DNA of 55,104 bases from Bacteroidota bacterium (GCA_020049015.1 JAIFLP010000036.1:1-55104); one strand, 5' to 3'. Shown: positions 27,019 to 36,646, counted from the first letter of the stretch. A program made the numbers and translations. The notes: a model not told the origin generated them from the letters alone.

Positions 27019-27831
27019 ATGAAAGCAATACGTTACGCACTGATTATTATATTATTATTGTTACTACTGATATTATTATTTGCCTTTATAAGAAGCAAAC
27101 AAGAGAATAAAACAACAAAAGGATCAGAATTGTTTTTAAATATAACTAGTATTTACTACGGATTACCTGAGCAAAAAGAATGCGATCAGTTAATTGATTA
27201 CCCGGGATTTGTGATATGTTATAATGAAAAAACGGAGCAAGCGAATTGGACGGCACATATATTAAGTAAAAAAATGCTTCAAGGACCACGTATTAAAAGG
27301 AAAGATTTATTTAAGAAGGATAATCGGGTATTAACCGGAACAGCTATTCCTGAGGACTATAAGCGAAGCGGTTATGACAAAGGCCATTTAGTGCCAGCAG
27401 CAGATATGGCATGGTCGGAAGCCTCATCAAGAGCCAGTTTTTACATGAGTAATATGAGTCCGCAATTACCAGGTTTTAACCGAGGGATATGGAAGAGAAC
27501 GGAAGAATGGGCAAGAGAAATGGCGCTAATACATGACAGTTTGTATATAATAAGCGGTCCTGTATTTAAGGATGAAAGTAGAAAAATAGGTATAAATGAA
27601 GTTTATGTTCCTAGCTACTACTACAAAATTGTAATGGACATAACACAACCTGAATACTCTGCCATAGCTTTTTTATTTCAAAATGAAGCAAAGGGAGGAG
27701 AAATTTATGAATACGCTATAACAATTGATTCCCTTGAGCGTTTTACAGGGGTAGATTTTTTTTATGAATTAAAAGGTGAAATGATTGAAAAACTTGAACA
27801 GGAGCTTCAAATAGAACATTGGATAAAATAA
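27019..27831 (+). CDS. Membrane-anchored DNA/RNA non-specific endonuclease (NucA/EndoG family)
   Basis: 270 aa. N-terminal hydrophobic anchor ALIIILLLLLLILLFAF. Active-site blocks YDKGHLVPAADM and SNMSPQLPGFNRGIW. Confidence 0.85.
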   Translation: MKAIRYALIIILLLLLLILLFAFIRSKQENKTTKGSELFLNITSIYYGLPEQKECDQLIDYPGFVICYNEKTEQANWTAHILSKKMLQGPRIKRKDLFKKDNRVLTGTAIPEDYKRSGYDKGHLVPAADMAWSEASSRASFYMSNMSPQLPGFNRGIWKRTEEWAREMALIHDSLYIISGPVFKDESRKIGINEVYVPSYYYKIVMDITQPEYSAIAFLFQNEAKGGEIYEYAITIDSLERFTGVDFFYELKGEMIEKLEQELQIEHWIK

Positions 27832-27930
27832 AGTAGGGATTTACCGACAAAAATCAGACTTTCACCGTTTTTTTATAACTAAGAATTAAAATTAAAATCA
27901 ATTTTGCATTATCAAATAAAATAAAACAAA

Positions 27931-30267
27931 ATGAAAAAGTTATTACAATTATTAGTTTTTATTCTGGCAATGGGGAACTCATTTGCAGAGATACCAAGTA
28001 TGCCCGATGCAAAATACACAATTAGTGGTTATATAAAAGATACTAAGAACGGGGAAGTATTAATTGGTGTTACGGTTTTTGTTAAAGAATTAAAAATTGG
28101 AACGGTAACCAATTCTTACGGTTATTACTCTCTGAATCTTCAAGAAGGTAAATATCAAATTGATTATTCCTATATTGGATACAATACCATTACGAGACCG
28201 TTTTTGGTAAACAGGAATATTCAAATGAACATTGAATTAGAAGAATCATCAGAAGAACTTTCGGAAGTTATTGTAAAAGCAGACAGGCCTCAAGATAATG
28301 TTACCAAAGCTGAGATGAGTGTAATTAAAATGGATATTAAGCAAATTCAGAAAGTACCTGCATTAATGGGTGAAATTGATGTAATCAAGGTAATTCAGTT
28401 ATTACCGGGAGTTCAATCGACTAGTGAAGGAGGCAGTGGATTCAGTGTACGAGGAGGTGGCGCTGATCAAAACCTTATCTTATTGGATGAAGCGGTTGTA
28501 TATAATGCATCACACTTAATGGGTTTCTTTTCAGTATTTAATAACGATGCTATAAAAGAAGTTAAGTTGTATAAAGGAGATATTCCCGCATCCTTTGGAG
28601 GCAGATTATCTTCGGTATTAGATGTTAGGATGAAAGAAGGTAACTCAAAAAAGTTTTCTGGTACTGGAGGTATTGGTACAATTTCGAGCAGACTTACACT
28701 TGAGGGTCCCATATTACAAGACCGCACATCATTTATAGCATCAGGTAGAAGAACTTATGCCGATGTATTTCTTCCACTTGCAAAAAATAAAGATTTGCGA
28801 GATAATACCTTATATTTTTATGATTTAAACATGAAGGTAAATCACGAAATAGACAATAATAATAAACTGTTTCTATCGGGCTATATGGGCAGAGACATCT
28901 TTAAAAATAATTTTGCTAATATGGCTTTTGGTAACAAAACCTTAACTGCCAGATGGAACCATTTATTCTCACAAAAATTATTTTCGAATGTAACTTTAGT
29001 AGCCAGTCAATACGATTATGAATTAGGAAGCCCCGAAGGACAAGCCAATTCATTCAACTGGCAATCGGCTCTAAATGATTACAGTGGAAAAATTGATTTT
29101 ACATACTTCATAAATCCACAGAACACACTTAAATTTGGTTATACATCAACCTATCATGAATTTACACCTGGTGTTATAGAAGGTATGGGAAGCAATTCAA
29201 TAATTAATAAATTTGTTATACCTAGCAAGCATGCATTGGAACATGCATTATATGTTAGTGACCAACAGCAGATAGGTGAAAAATTGACCTTAAAATACGG
29301 ATTGCGATATACGTTATTTCAAAATATAGGAAAAGGGATAGAATATGGTATAAAGAATTTTGAAATAGTAGATTCATCAGAATATGAATCAATGGCTATT
29401 TATAAAAATCAAGGTGCTTGGGAACCAAGAGCCGGTATTAATTATATGCTCAACTCAAAATCATCTATAAAAGCCAGCTATGCCCGCACCTATCAATTTG
29501 TGCATCTTGCGTCAAATTCTACCGGAGGCATGCCTTTAGATATTTGGTTTCCTTCCAGTCCGTATGTTAAGCCTCAAAAATCAGATCAATATGCAATAGG
29601 CTACTTCCGAAACTTTTTTGATGATAGTTATGAGGCATCTGTTGAGTTATATTATAAAAACATGTACGATTTAATTGATTTCAAAGACCACCCAATATTA
29701 TTAATGAACAAGCAATTAGAAAAAGAATTGCGATTTGGAGAAGGAGAAGCTTATGGTGCAGAGTTTTTGATCAGGAAAAATACGGGTAAATTAACAGGAT
29801 GGATTAGCTACACCTATTCTAGATCGTATAGAATGATTAAAGAGATCAATTTTGGAAGAAAGTATAATTCACCATTTGACAAACCGCATAATATATCAGT
29901 TGTAGGAAACTATGATTTCAACAAAAGAATTTCACTTTCTGCTACATGGGTTTATTCTACTGGCTCGCCAATTACCTTTCCGGTAGGAAGATATTATGGA
30001 CCAGGGGCAATTCTACCATTATATTCTAATAGAAATGAATACCGCATGCCTGATTATCACAGATTAGATGTGGCCTTTGTGTATAAAATGAAACAAAGGA
30101 AATACTATCAAAGTGAACTTAATATTTCGGTTTACAATGCATATGCCAGAAAAAATGCTTGGTCGATATACTTTGAAGCAGATGAAGAAAACCCGAATAA
30201 GCTAAATGGAAAGATGATTTACTTATTCTCTTTCATACCATCAATTACCTATAACATTAACTTTTAA
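27931..30267 (+). CDS. TonB-dependent receptor with CarboxypepD_reg-like N-terminal domain
   Basis: 778 aa. Signal peptide, ISGYIKDTKNGEVLIGVTVFVKELKIGTVTNSYGYYSL, a plug (GGSGFSVRGGGADQNLILLDEAVVYN), and a beta-barrel C-terminus ending in NINF. Confidence 0.85.
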   Translation: MKKLLQLLVFILAMGNSFAEIPSMPDAKYTISGYIKDTKNGEVLIGVTVFVKELKIGTVTNSYGYYSLNLQEGKYQIDYSYIGYNTITRPFLVNRNIQMNIELEESSEELSEVIVKADRPQDNVTKAEMSVIKMDIKQIQKVPALMGEIDVIKVIQLLPGVQSTSEGGSGFSVRGGGADQNLILLDEAVVYNASHLMGFFSVFNNDAIKEVKLYKGDIPASFGGRLSSVLDVRMKEGNSKKFSGTGGIGTISSRLTLEGPILQDRTSFIASGRRTYADVFLPLAKNKDLRDNTLYFYDLNMKVNHEIDNNNKLFLSGYMGRDIFKNNFANMAFGNKTLTARWNHLFSQKLFSNVTLVASQYDYELGSPEGQANSFNWQSALNDYSGKIDFTYFINPQNTLKFGYTSTYHEFTPGVIEGMGSNSIINKFVIPSKHALEHALYVSDQQQIGEKLTLKYGLRYTLFQNIGKGIEYGIKNFEIVDSSEYESMAIYKNQGAWEPRAGINYMLNSKSSIKASYARTYQFVHLASNSTGGMPLDIWFPSSPYVKPQKSDQYAIGYFRNFFDDSYEASVELYYKNMYDLIDFKDHPILLMNKQLEKELRFGEGEAYGAEFLIRKNTGKLTGWISYTYSRSYRMIKEINFGRKYNSPFDKPHNISVVGNYDFNKRISLSATWVYSTGSPITFPVGRYYGPGAILPLYSNRNEYRMPDYHRLDVAFVYKMKQRKYYQSELNISVYNAYARKNAWSIYFEADEENPNKLNGKMIYLFSFIPSITYNINF

Positions 30268-30279
30268 TAATTGCAAAAT

Positions 30280-31155
30280 ATGAAAACGTTTAAAATAAAA
30301 AGCGCATTTATCAGCATCATTTCATTTGTATTATTCATGGTATCGTGTACAACAGATTATGATATTGAATTAGATTCAACGTATACCAGATTGAGTGTAT
30401 GGGGGGAATTGACAAATGATACGATACAACATAAAATATACTTATATAAATCGGCACCCTATTTAAGTCAGGCTGCTTTTGAAGGAATTAGCGGCGCACA
30501 AGTAAGCATTACAGATGGAACAAACACATTTATATTATCTGAATCAGATACACTTAAAGGTTTTTATCTTACAGATGCAAATGTTTATGGTGAAGAAGGC
30601 AAGACTTATACCTTGAACATTGAAAATGTGGATATAGATGAAAACGGTACAAAAGAAAAATACTGGGCAAGCAGCATAATGCCAGTATCCAATCCGGTTG
30701 ATTCCATTCAAGTATTGCCTGTTCAGTATTCACAAAGCTTTAAAGCCTGGGAAATAAAATGCTTTGCATTAGATCCAAAAGAAACGAATTATTATATGTT
30801 TAAAGCATACAATAACGACACCTTAGTTACCGATTCAATACAAGAGTGGCAATATACTGATGATGCATTGTATAATGGAAACTACACCAATGGAATCACT
30901 TGCCAAGTATTTACAAGTTTTCAGGAAGATCAGATTATTAGAACAGGAGATAAAATAACCTTAGAGGTCTGTGGAATAACAAAAGAATTCTATGATTTTT
31001 TGTATAAGACGAGTATGGAACTAATGCCATCAATACCGCTATTTAGTGGACCCCATGCAAATATTTCTACCAATATTCAATGTAACGAACAGGATAAGGC
31101 GATAGGATTTTTTGCCGTTTATTCGGCCAAACGAGGTAGTTTGATTTATAAATAA
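30280..31155 (+). CDS. DUF4249-type lipoprotein, the usual partner of this receptor type
   Basis: Start taken at the ATG at 30280 (MKTFKIKSAFISIISFVLFMVSC). Has a lipobox Cys. Lies 4-13 nt after the receptor stop. Confidence 0.65.
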   Translation: MKTFKIKSAFISIISFVLFMVSCTTDYDIELDSTYTRLSVWGELTNDTIQHKIYLYKSAPYLSQAAFEGISGAQVSITDGTNTFILSESDTLKGFYLTDANVYGEEGKTYTLNIENVDIDENGTKEKYWASSIMPVSNPVDSIQVLPVQYSQSFKAWEIKCFALDPKETNYYMFKAYNNDTLVTDSIQEWQYTDDALYNGNYTNGITCQVFTSFQEDQIIRTGDKITLEVCGITKEFYDFLYKTSMELMPSIPLFSGPHANISTNIQCNEQDKAIGFFAVYSAKRGSLIYK

Positions 31156-31173
31156 ATAGTATTGTATTTATAA

Positions 31174-31203
31174 TGTAGAAACAGGGCATGCCCTGTTTCT
31201 ACA
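31174..31203. terminator. 30-nt perfect palindrome between convergent genes, likely a bidirectional terminator hairpin
   Basis: tgtagaaacagggca|tgccctgtttctaca. The right arm is partly duplicated just downstream (atgccctgtatctaca, 31205-31220). Confidence 0.55.
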
Positions 31204-31234
31204 TTATGCCCTGTATCTACAATATTTTGGTAAA

Positions 31235-31795
31235 TTAATGACATCCACCGCTGCAGCTACCGCCGCCATCGCCGCAATCACCACAACCGCCATCGCCGCA
31301 AGAATGATCTTGGTGAATATGACCGTGTGACAATTCTTCTTCAGTTGCTTCGCGTAAATCAACAACATTCCCTTTAAAATGAAGATCTTCGCCAGCAAGA
31401 GGATGATTAAAATCCATCTTTACAGATTCGGAAGCTATTTCTTTTATGATGCCATTAAAGCGATTGCCATCACGGTCCATCATGGGAACACTCTGACCTA
31501 TTTCTAGCATGCTTTTATCGAAACCTGCACCAGATTCAAAAACATTCATAGGAACATCTACGATAGCATCAGGAGAGAATACTCCGTAAGCATCTTCAGC
31601 AGAAAGTATAAAATCAAAAGAATCACCCACTTTTTTACCTGACAGATTGTCTTCAAATTTTGGTAATAAATTTCCCGCACCCATTATGAATACTAATGGT
31701 TTTTCAGTACCTACACTCTCAATTAGTTGTTGATTCTTATTTGAAATCAAATCATACGTAACTGATACAACTTTTTTATTTTCAGCTATTAACAT
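31235..31795 (-). CDS. slyD: FKBP-type peptidyl-prolyl isomerase, SlyD-like, with a Cys/Gly/His-rich tail
   Basis: 186 aa. VVSVTYDL..., IF-domain-like insert, DFNHPLAGEDLHFKGNVVDLREAT, and the tail HGHIHQDHSCGDGGCGDCGDGGGSCSGGCH. Confidence 0.82.
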   Translation of the reverse strand: MLIAENKKVVSVTYDLISNKNQQLIESVGTEKPLVFIMGAGNLLPKFEDNLSGKKVGDSFDFILSAEDAYGVFSPDAIVDVPMNVFESGAGFDKSMLEIGQSVPMMDRDGNRFNGIIKEIASESVKMDFNHPLAGEDLHFKGNVVDLREATEEELSHGHIHQDHSCGDGGCGDCGDGGGSCSGGCH

Positions 31796-31849
31796 AATAT
31801 AATAAATTAATGAATAATTAACTTTGCAATGTAAAAAAAATAAGTCAGT

Positions 31850-32947
31850 TTACCAAATATTATAAAACTGAAGGTACAATCCGAATGCATGATCTAATTG
31901 GGCTATATTAATATCATAATAAACATCCCATCCTGCTGCAAAGCGAACCGCATCGGTAACTTTTTTATGATACATAACACGTGCTTGCCACATTTGTTTC
32001 TTTTCTCTATAAAAATTTAAATGAGGCATATAACTCATATACATCCCATCGCCCATAGGGGCATAATAATTATTGGCATCCCAATATGATACTGAAGAAA
32101 ACCAAGAAGTATTTCGATAAAAAAGGGAAAATAGAGAACCATAGCCATCTGCAATAGAATCTTGGGAAGGCGAAATATCCATATAAGCTAAAAGAGCAAT
32201 GCGCGAACCAAGCTCTGATTGATGCTTGCCACCCAAACGATACTTAAATTCAACACCAGCAGCCGGATTACTAATGGTTGATAAACTGCCTGTATCCACT
32301 GTAATTTGCCCTCCTCTATGCCGACTCAAATATTGAAAGAATACACCTGCATTAAAAGATTTTAAAGTATCAGTTATATTATACTTTACACTAATTCCCC
32401 CTGATAAAAGTTCTTTTTTGGGATCATTAAAAAAAATAAAATATTCCCAATTGATCCAAGTGTCAACAAATAACTTGTCTGTACTTAAATACCATTGTAC
32501 ACCTTCTTCGTAATTATTTTGCAAAAAACGCTCCATCCCATACAATGGTTCAAGTAATTGATGGTGCATTGAAGCATTAATATTTCCCAAAATAAATGCC
32601 GATGAATTACTGGTTTGATAGTACAGACGGTAAAAAGGCTTTATTTCAGAATATTTGTTTAAACCAGAATACTTCAAAAAATAGCCGCCCCATTCCATGA
32701 AGAATTTTTTTTGATGATGATAGCGTATGCTGGGAATAATATAGTAACCGGGCAAGGTATAACCTTCATATACATCATTGAAATACTCATTGTTTTTAAA
32801 AAAAGCCAAGGTATTCAAAGAAAAATTAAAGCCTTTCCAATCCGATTGTTCTTGTTTTATTCCTGTTTCAAATGCAGGAGTATAATCTTGAGCTTTTAAT
32901 TTCAAAAAAGTGCTACAAACAAAGAATAAGAGAACAAAATACTTCAT
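31850..32947 (-). CDS. Putative outer-membrane beta-barrel protein, function unknown
   Basis: 365 aa. Signal peptide MKYFVLLFFVCSTFLKLKAQ, alternating aromatic/hydrophilic strands, C-terminal ...YLQFYNIW. Confidence 0.55.
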   Translation of the reverse strand: MKYFVLLFFVCSTFLKLKAQDYTPAFETGIKQEQSDWKGFNFSLNTLAFFKNNEYFNDVYEGYTLPGYYIIPSIRYHHQKKFFMEWGGYFLKYSGLNKYSEIKPFYRLYYQTSNSSAFILGNINASMHHQLLEPLYGMERFLQNNYEEGVQWYLSTDKLFVDTWINWEYFIFFNDPKKELLSGGISVKYNITDTLKSFNAGVFFQYLSRHRGGQITVDTGSLSTISNPAAGVEFKYRLGGKHQSELGSRIALLAYMDISPSQDSIADGYGSLFSLFYRNTSWFSSVSYWDANNYYAPMGDGMYMSYMPHLNFYREKKQMWQARVMYHKKVTDAVRFAAGWDVYYDINIAQLDHAFGLYLQFYNIW

Positions 32948-32958
32948 GGATTACATTT

Positions 32959-33621
32959 TTAAAACAATTGATATATATCTTGTACACTTAAATCTACAAA
33001 ATCTTCAATAATTAGATGACAATCACCTCTTTGTGCCAGTACTTCTTTTGTGTGGGTGGTAGCCACACCAACAATTTTGGTACCTGCACCCTTGGCTGCA
33101 TCAATACCCATAAACGAATCTTCAAATACCACAGCTCGGGAAGTACTCACATTTAATTGTTTGGCACATTTTAAGTATATCTCAGGATCAGGTTTTCCTT
33201 TGGTAACAAAAGAAGCATCTACAATTTTATCGAAATAACTTAAAGAATTGGTTTCATTAACAACAAAAAAAGCATTTTCGGCTGGAGCGGCAGTACCAAT
33301 GGCCACGGGGATATTATTACGCTTTAAATCCTGTAAAAATTGATGCAATCCAGGCAACAAAGACACTTTTCCTTTATAAACCTGTCTATATAACGCTTCT
33401 TTTTCATCGGCCAATTTTTTTAACTCTTGAGAACTGAATTCTTTGGAAAAAATTACGGGGAAAATTTCTTCATTGGTTTTTCCAAAAAAATCATGCTTCA
33501 GTCGCTCTTCGGTCATAACAATGCCATATTGTAGACAGAAAATTTTCCATGCCTCAACGTGAAAAGGAAAACTATCTACCAATACCCCATCCATATCAAA
33601 AAAAACAGCTATATCTTTCAT
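32959..33621 (-). CDS. HAD-superfamily hydrolase (beta-phosphoglucomutase-like subfamily)
   Basis: 220 aa. FFDMDGVLVDS (DxDG motif), GTAAP, KGKPDPEIYL, VFEDSFMGIDAAKGAG. Confidence 0.78.
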   Translation of the reverse strand: MKDIAVFFDMDGVLVDSFPFHVEAWKIFCLQYGIVMTEERLKHDFFGKTNEEIFPVIFSKEFSSQELKKLADEKEALYRQVYKGKVSLLPGLHQFLQDLKRNNIPVAIGTAAPAENAFFVVNETNSLSYFDKIVDASFVTKGKPDPEIYLKCAKQLNVSTSRAVVFEDSFMGIDAAKGAGTKIVGVATTHTKEVLAQRGDCHLIIEDFVDLSVQDIYQLF

Positions 33622-33769
33622 ACATCAATTATAATTTCCAAAGGTAAAGCAGTGAGTAAAATAAATTGATGTGTTAATAAAAAATAATTAGAAATATTTT
33701 GCCGCAGCCTCATTTTTTTTGTTTAGATATAACCCTATTCAACAATATTTCGTAAATTGCTGAAGGTAA

Positions 33770-34144
33770 TCATATCCGAAATATCAGAATCCTATTCAAG
33801 GTGTGAAAAATGATACCAATTACCCCATTTTTTTAACTGAATTTCTTGATGGTTTGCGGCCTTTTTGGGCATTGCGATTTATGGATTGGATTGGCACCAA
33901 TAATTCAACTCAAAAAGAATGGAGCAAGCGTCCTACACCAAGTTCAGTTGATAAAAGGCAATCATTAGAATATGCAGTACAACTTTGCAATACTTTAAAT
34001 TTCGATGGCTGGTTTTGTATCCCGCATATGGCTAATGATAATTATATAAGGGAATATGCTAAATTTGTCAGAGATAATTTAAACTCAAATCTTAAAGCTT
34101 ATATAGTCAGTCATTATGAAACATTGAAACTATTGGTTCAATAG
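33770..34144 (+). pseudogene. Internal fragment of a glycoside-hydrolase-like gene, truncated at both ends
   Basis: Open frame from the stop at 33767-33769: SYPKYQNPIQGVKNDTNYPIFLTEFLDGLRPFWALRFMDWIGTNNSTQKEWSKRPTP...LEYAVQLCNTLNFDGWFCIPHMANDNYIREYAKFVRDNL. There is no ATG and no signal peptide. The sequence pattern is that of the middle of a TIM-barrel glycosidase, and it ends abruptly 50 nt from the convergent peptidase gene. Confidence 0.4.
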
Positions 34145-34193
34145 GATCAAAACAAATTGTATGAATAAGGTTGTTTGGATTATCCAAGCAGCC

Positions 34194-36053
34194 TTATTTC
34201 ATTATTATAAAAGGATGAATAAATACTTTAGATCCTTCCGCTATTTTGGCAATATAATTACCTGCAGCCAGATTATTAAAAGAAATAGAGTTCATTTTAT
34301 TACTTATAGGGCTTTGAATAAGCAATTGGCCTTTAAGATCATAAATAAAAAGCAATCTTTCATTACTTTCATCTATGCACTCTATTTTAAGCGAATCAGT
34401 TGCCGGATTAGGATATATTAAATAAGCAGAAGATTTAGAATTGATTTTTTGAACGCCAGCTAATTTTAAGATTTTGTTTTGTGGATCTACCACAATATTT
34501 TTCACCATCACCCCTTTTAAATAATATGCTTGTCGCATCAACGATGCTGTTTGGTTAATTTCAACTAAGGTATCGGGATGGTTTGAGCATTCGATTACAA
34601 TTTCTATTTTGCTGTTAAACAATGGAGTATTTTGAGAAGAGCCATTTTGAAAGCATTGAATGATGAGACTATCGTTTTTAGATTCCCAAGCAATTGTATA
34701 GATAGGATAACCAAAACCGGTATACCATTGATCAAAAAAAGTATTAAAATCTGTTCCACTTTCCTTATTCAAATAATTTTTAAAATCATTCCCTGTTGCA
34801 GAGCGAAATGCATATTCATTTAAAAAACCTTTTAGGATAGAGAAGAATAAATCATCATTATTTAGTTGATTTCTAATCATGTGCAATAAAACCGCACCTT
34901 TTTTATAACTCAAATCATAGCTAAAAATTCTATCATCTACCTCCCTTTCATTTGAAGGAATATAAACAGAACCATTTGGATTTTCCATGGCATAAGAAAA
35001 TGCTGTGCTCAACCAATTAGATTTATCCTCAGGCTTAAATTTTTCAATAGCTAAATACTCAATATAAGATGCGAAGCCCTCATTGATCCATATATCTTGC
35101 CACGATGCGCAAGTCACATAATTCCCGAACCATTGGTGCGCAAGTTCGTGAGCCACAAGGCCAAAGGCTAAGCCACCCATGGTAGAAATGGTTTGATGTT
35201 CCATTCCCCCTGGAAAAGGAGCAAAAACGTGTGCATACTTTTCTTTATAGAAAGGATAGCGTCCCAAAATATCGGAATAATAGCTTATAATTTGCTTTGT
35301 AGCCAGCATATTTTCTTTCTCGGTTTCAAGAAAATTGGGATGAGGATAATAAAAATTCTGAATGAGCACTGAATCCTGATCGCTCACGGGCGCATAAAAA
35401 TGAAAACCCTCGTATTTACCCACCACAATAGCAAGCAAATAATATGCAGTTGGGTAATTGGATTTCCAGTGGTAGGTAATAAAGTTATCCATTTGTTGTT
35501 GGTGAATGAGTCTTCCATTTCCAGTAGCAAACAAGGAATCGGGAACCCTAATAAACAAATCGAGCGAATCAATTTTGTCATTCAAATCTTGTTTACAAGG
35601 GAACCAATCTTTTGCATAGAAAGGCTCTGCCATGGTATAGGTTATGTGAAACGGGAATCGCCAATCGCGCACACTTCTGGTACCACCCCAAGAGTGCGTG
35701 GTTTCGGTAGTTGCATCGCCTTTGTAATAAATAATTACAGTAGCAAAAGTATTGAATGAAAGCGATTTAGGCAGTTTAACCGACAATAAATTATTTTCGT
35801 TTGAAAAAACACAGGTTTTATCTTTATAAAGAATGGAATCTACAATAAATTTTCGGTGCAACTCTATATTAAAAACAGGTAAATGATCTGTTTGAACAAC
35901 AAAAGAAATGGCGCATGAGCCCTGGATATATGCAGAAGTATTTGTCATATTCAAATTCAAGCGGGTATGCACCAGATTATAATCTGAATAAAAGGGAAGG
36001 GCAACAAGGTGCATATGTATGCAAGCAAACAAAATAAGAAAAAATTGCTTCAT
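34194..36053 (-). CDS. M1-family zinc aminopeptidase with T9SS C-terminal sorting domain
   Basis: Start trimmed to MKQFFLILFACIHMHLVA (signal peptide). GGMEHQT, HELAHQWFGNYVTCASWQDIWINEGFASY (HEXXH-X18-E). C-terminus YLIYPNPATDSLKIE...AGNYIAKIAEGSKVFIHPFIIMK. Confidence 0.85.
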   Translation of the reverse strand: MKQFFLILFACIHMHLVALPFYSDYNLVHTRLNLNMTNTSAYIQGSCAISFVVQTDHLPVFNIELHRKFIVDSILYKDKTCVFSNENNLLSVKLPKSLSFNTFATVIIYYKGDATTETTHSWGGTRSVRDWRFPFHITYTMAEPFYAKDWFPCKQDLNDKIDSLDLFIRVPDSLFATGNGRLIHQQQMDNFITYHWKSNYPTAYYLLAIVVGKYEGFHFYAPVSDQDSVLIQNFYYPHPNFLETEKENMLATKQIISYYSDILGRYPFYKEKYAHVFAPFPGGMEHQTISTMGGLAFGLVAHELAHQWFGNYVTCASWQDIWINEGFASYIEYLAIEKFKPEDKSNWLSTAFSYAMENPNGSVYIPSNEREVDDRIFSYDLSYKKGAVLLHMIRNQLNNDDLFFSILKGFLNEYAFRSATGNDFKNYLNKESGTDFNTFFDQWYTGFGYPIYTIAWESKNDSLIIQCFQNGSSQNTPLFNSKIEIVIECSNHPDTLVEINQTASLMRQAYYLKGVMVKNIVVDPQNKILKLAGVQKINSKSSAYLIYPNPATDSLKIECIDESNERLLFIYDLKGQLLIQSPISNKMNSISFNNLAAGNYIAKIAEGSKVFIHPFIIMK

Positions 36054-36137
36054 GATAATTACATTAGATAATATGCAATATGCAAAAAATTGGGCTAAAT
36101 AATTGATAATTCGTTTAATTTTTATGACTAAGAAAGA

Positions 36138-36236
36138 GATTTCTAACGCCATTGCACTTTCCCCAAATTGATAAAATGATATCATCCGAGAAATTTCTCA
36201 CGCCGGAAAACGGCGTTCGAAATGACGATTACGCTG
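36138..36236. repeat. Copy 1 of a ~100-bp direct repeat (REP/MITE-like unit)
   Basis: gatttctaacgccattgcactttccccaaattgataaaatgatatcatccgagaaatttctcacgccggaaaacggcgttcgaaatgacgattacgctg. About 5-6 differences from copy 2. Contains TGATATCA and a cgccg-gaaaa-cggcg hairpin. Confidence 0.85.
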
Positions 36237-36297
36237 AATACACCTGTATCTAATTTGTATACGCCGGTGGCTGAGCGTAGCCGAAGCCAAAGGTACT

Positions 36298-36420
36298 GGC
36301 CCTTCGACTCCGCTCAGGGACCGGATTAAGAGAACCGGCCCTTCGGCTACTCCTTCGGCTCTGCTCAGGGACCGGATTAAGAGAACCGGCCCATCGGCTC
36401 CGCTCAGGGACCGGAATATC
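36298..36420. repeat. Three tandem GC-rich units (39, 51 and ~33 nt) of consensus GGCCCTTCGRCTCCGCTCAGGGACCGGATTAAGAGAACC
   Basis: Units at 36298-36336, 36337-36387 (with an internal 12-nt duplication) and 36388-36420. They abut directly with no spacers. Confidence 0.85.
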
Positions 36421-36646
36421 CAAATTAAAATCTGTTATTAATAAAATCTCACCTATAAAAATCAATAGATGGCAAGGCTAGCGCCCCTTTGAAGATATTG
36501 CGGGTTTATTTCTACGAAGATTACAAGGCTAGCGACCTTTATACGAACGAACCGAATTGATTCTTTTGTCGAACTAATAAGGACAAGAGAAGTAATAAAA
36601 ACTCCTTAGCTTGAAGACAATAGCGAGACGCTACGACGAACAGGGG

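Noticed and set aside
31204-31398. Track ORF (64 aa, minus strand) with an AAMAVVVIAAMAAVAAAV run.
   Set aside because: It is an out-of-frame reading of the repetitive Gly/Cys tail-coding region of slyD.
36298-36420. Considered a small CRISPR array because of the regularly repeated GC-rich units.
   Set aside because: The units abut directly with no unique spacers, unit lengths vary (39/51/33 nt), and no cas genes or leader are present.
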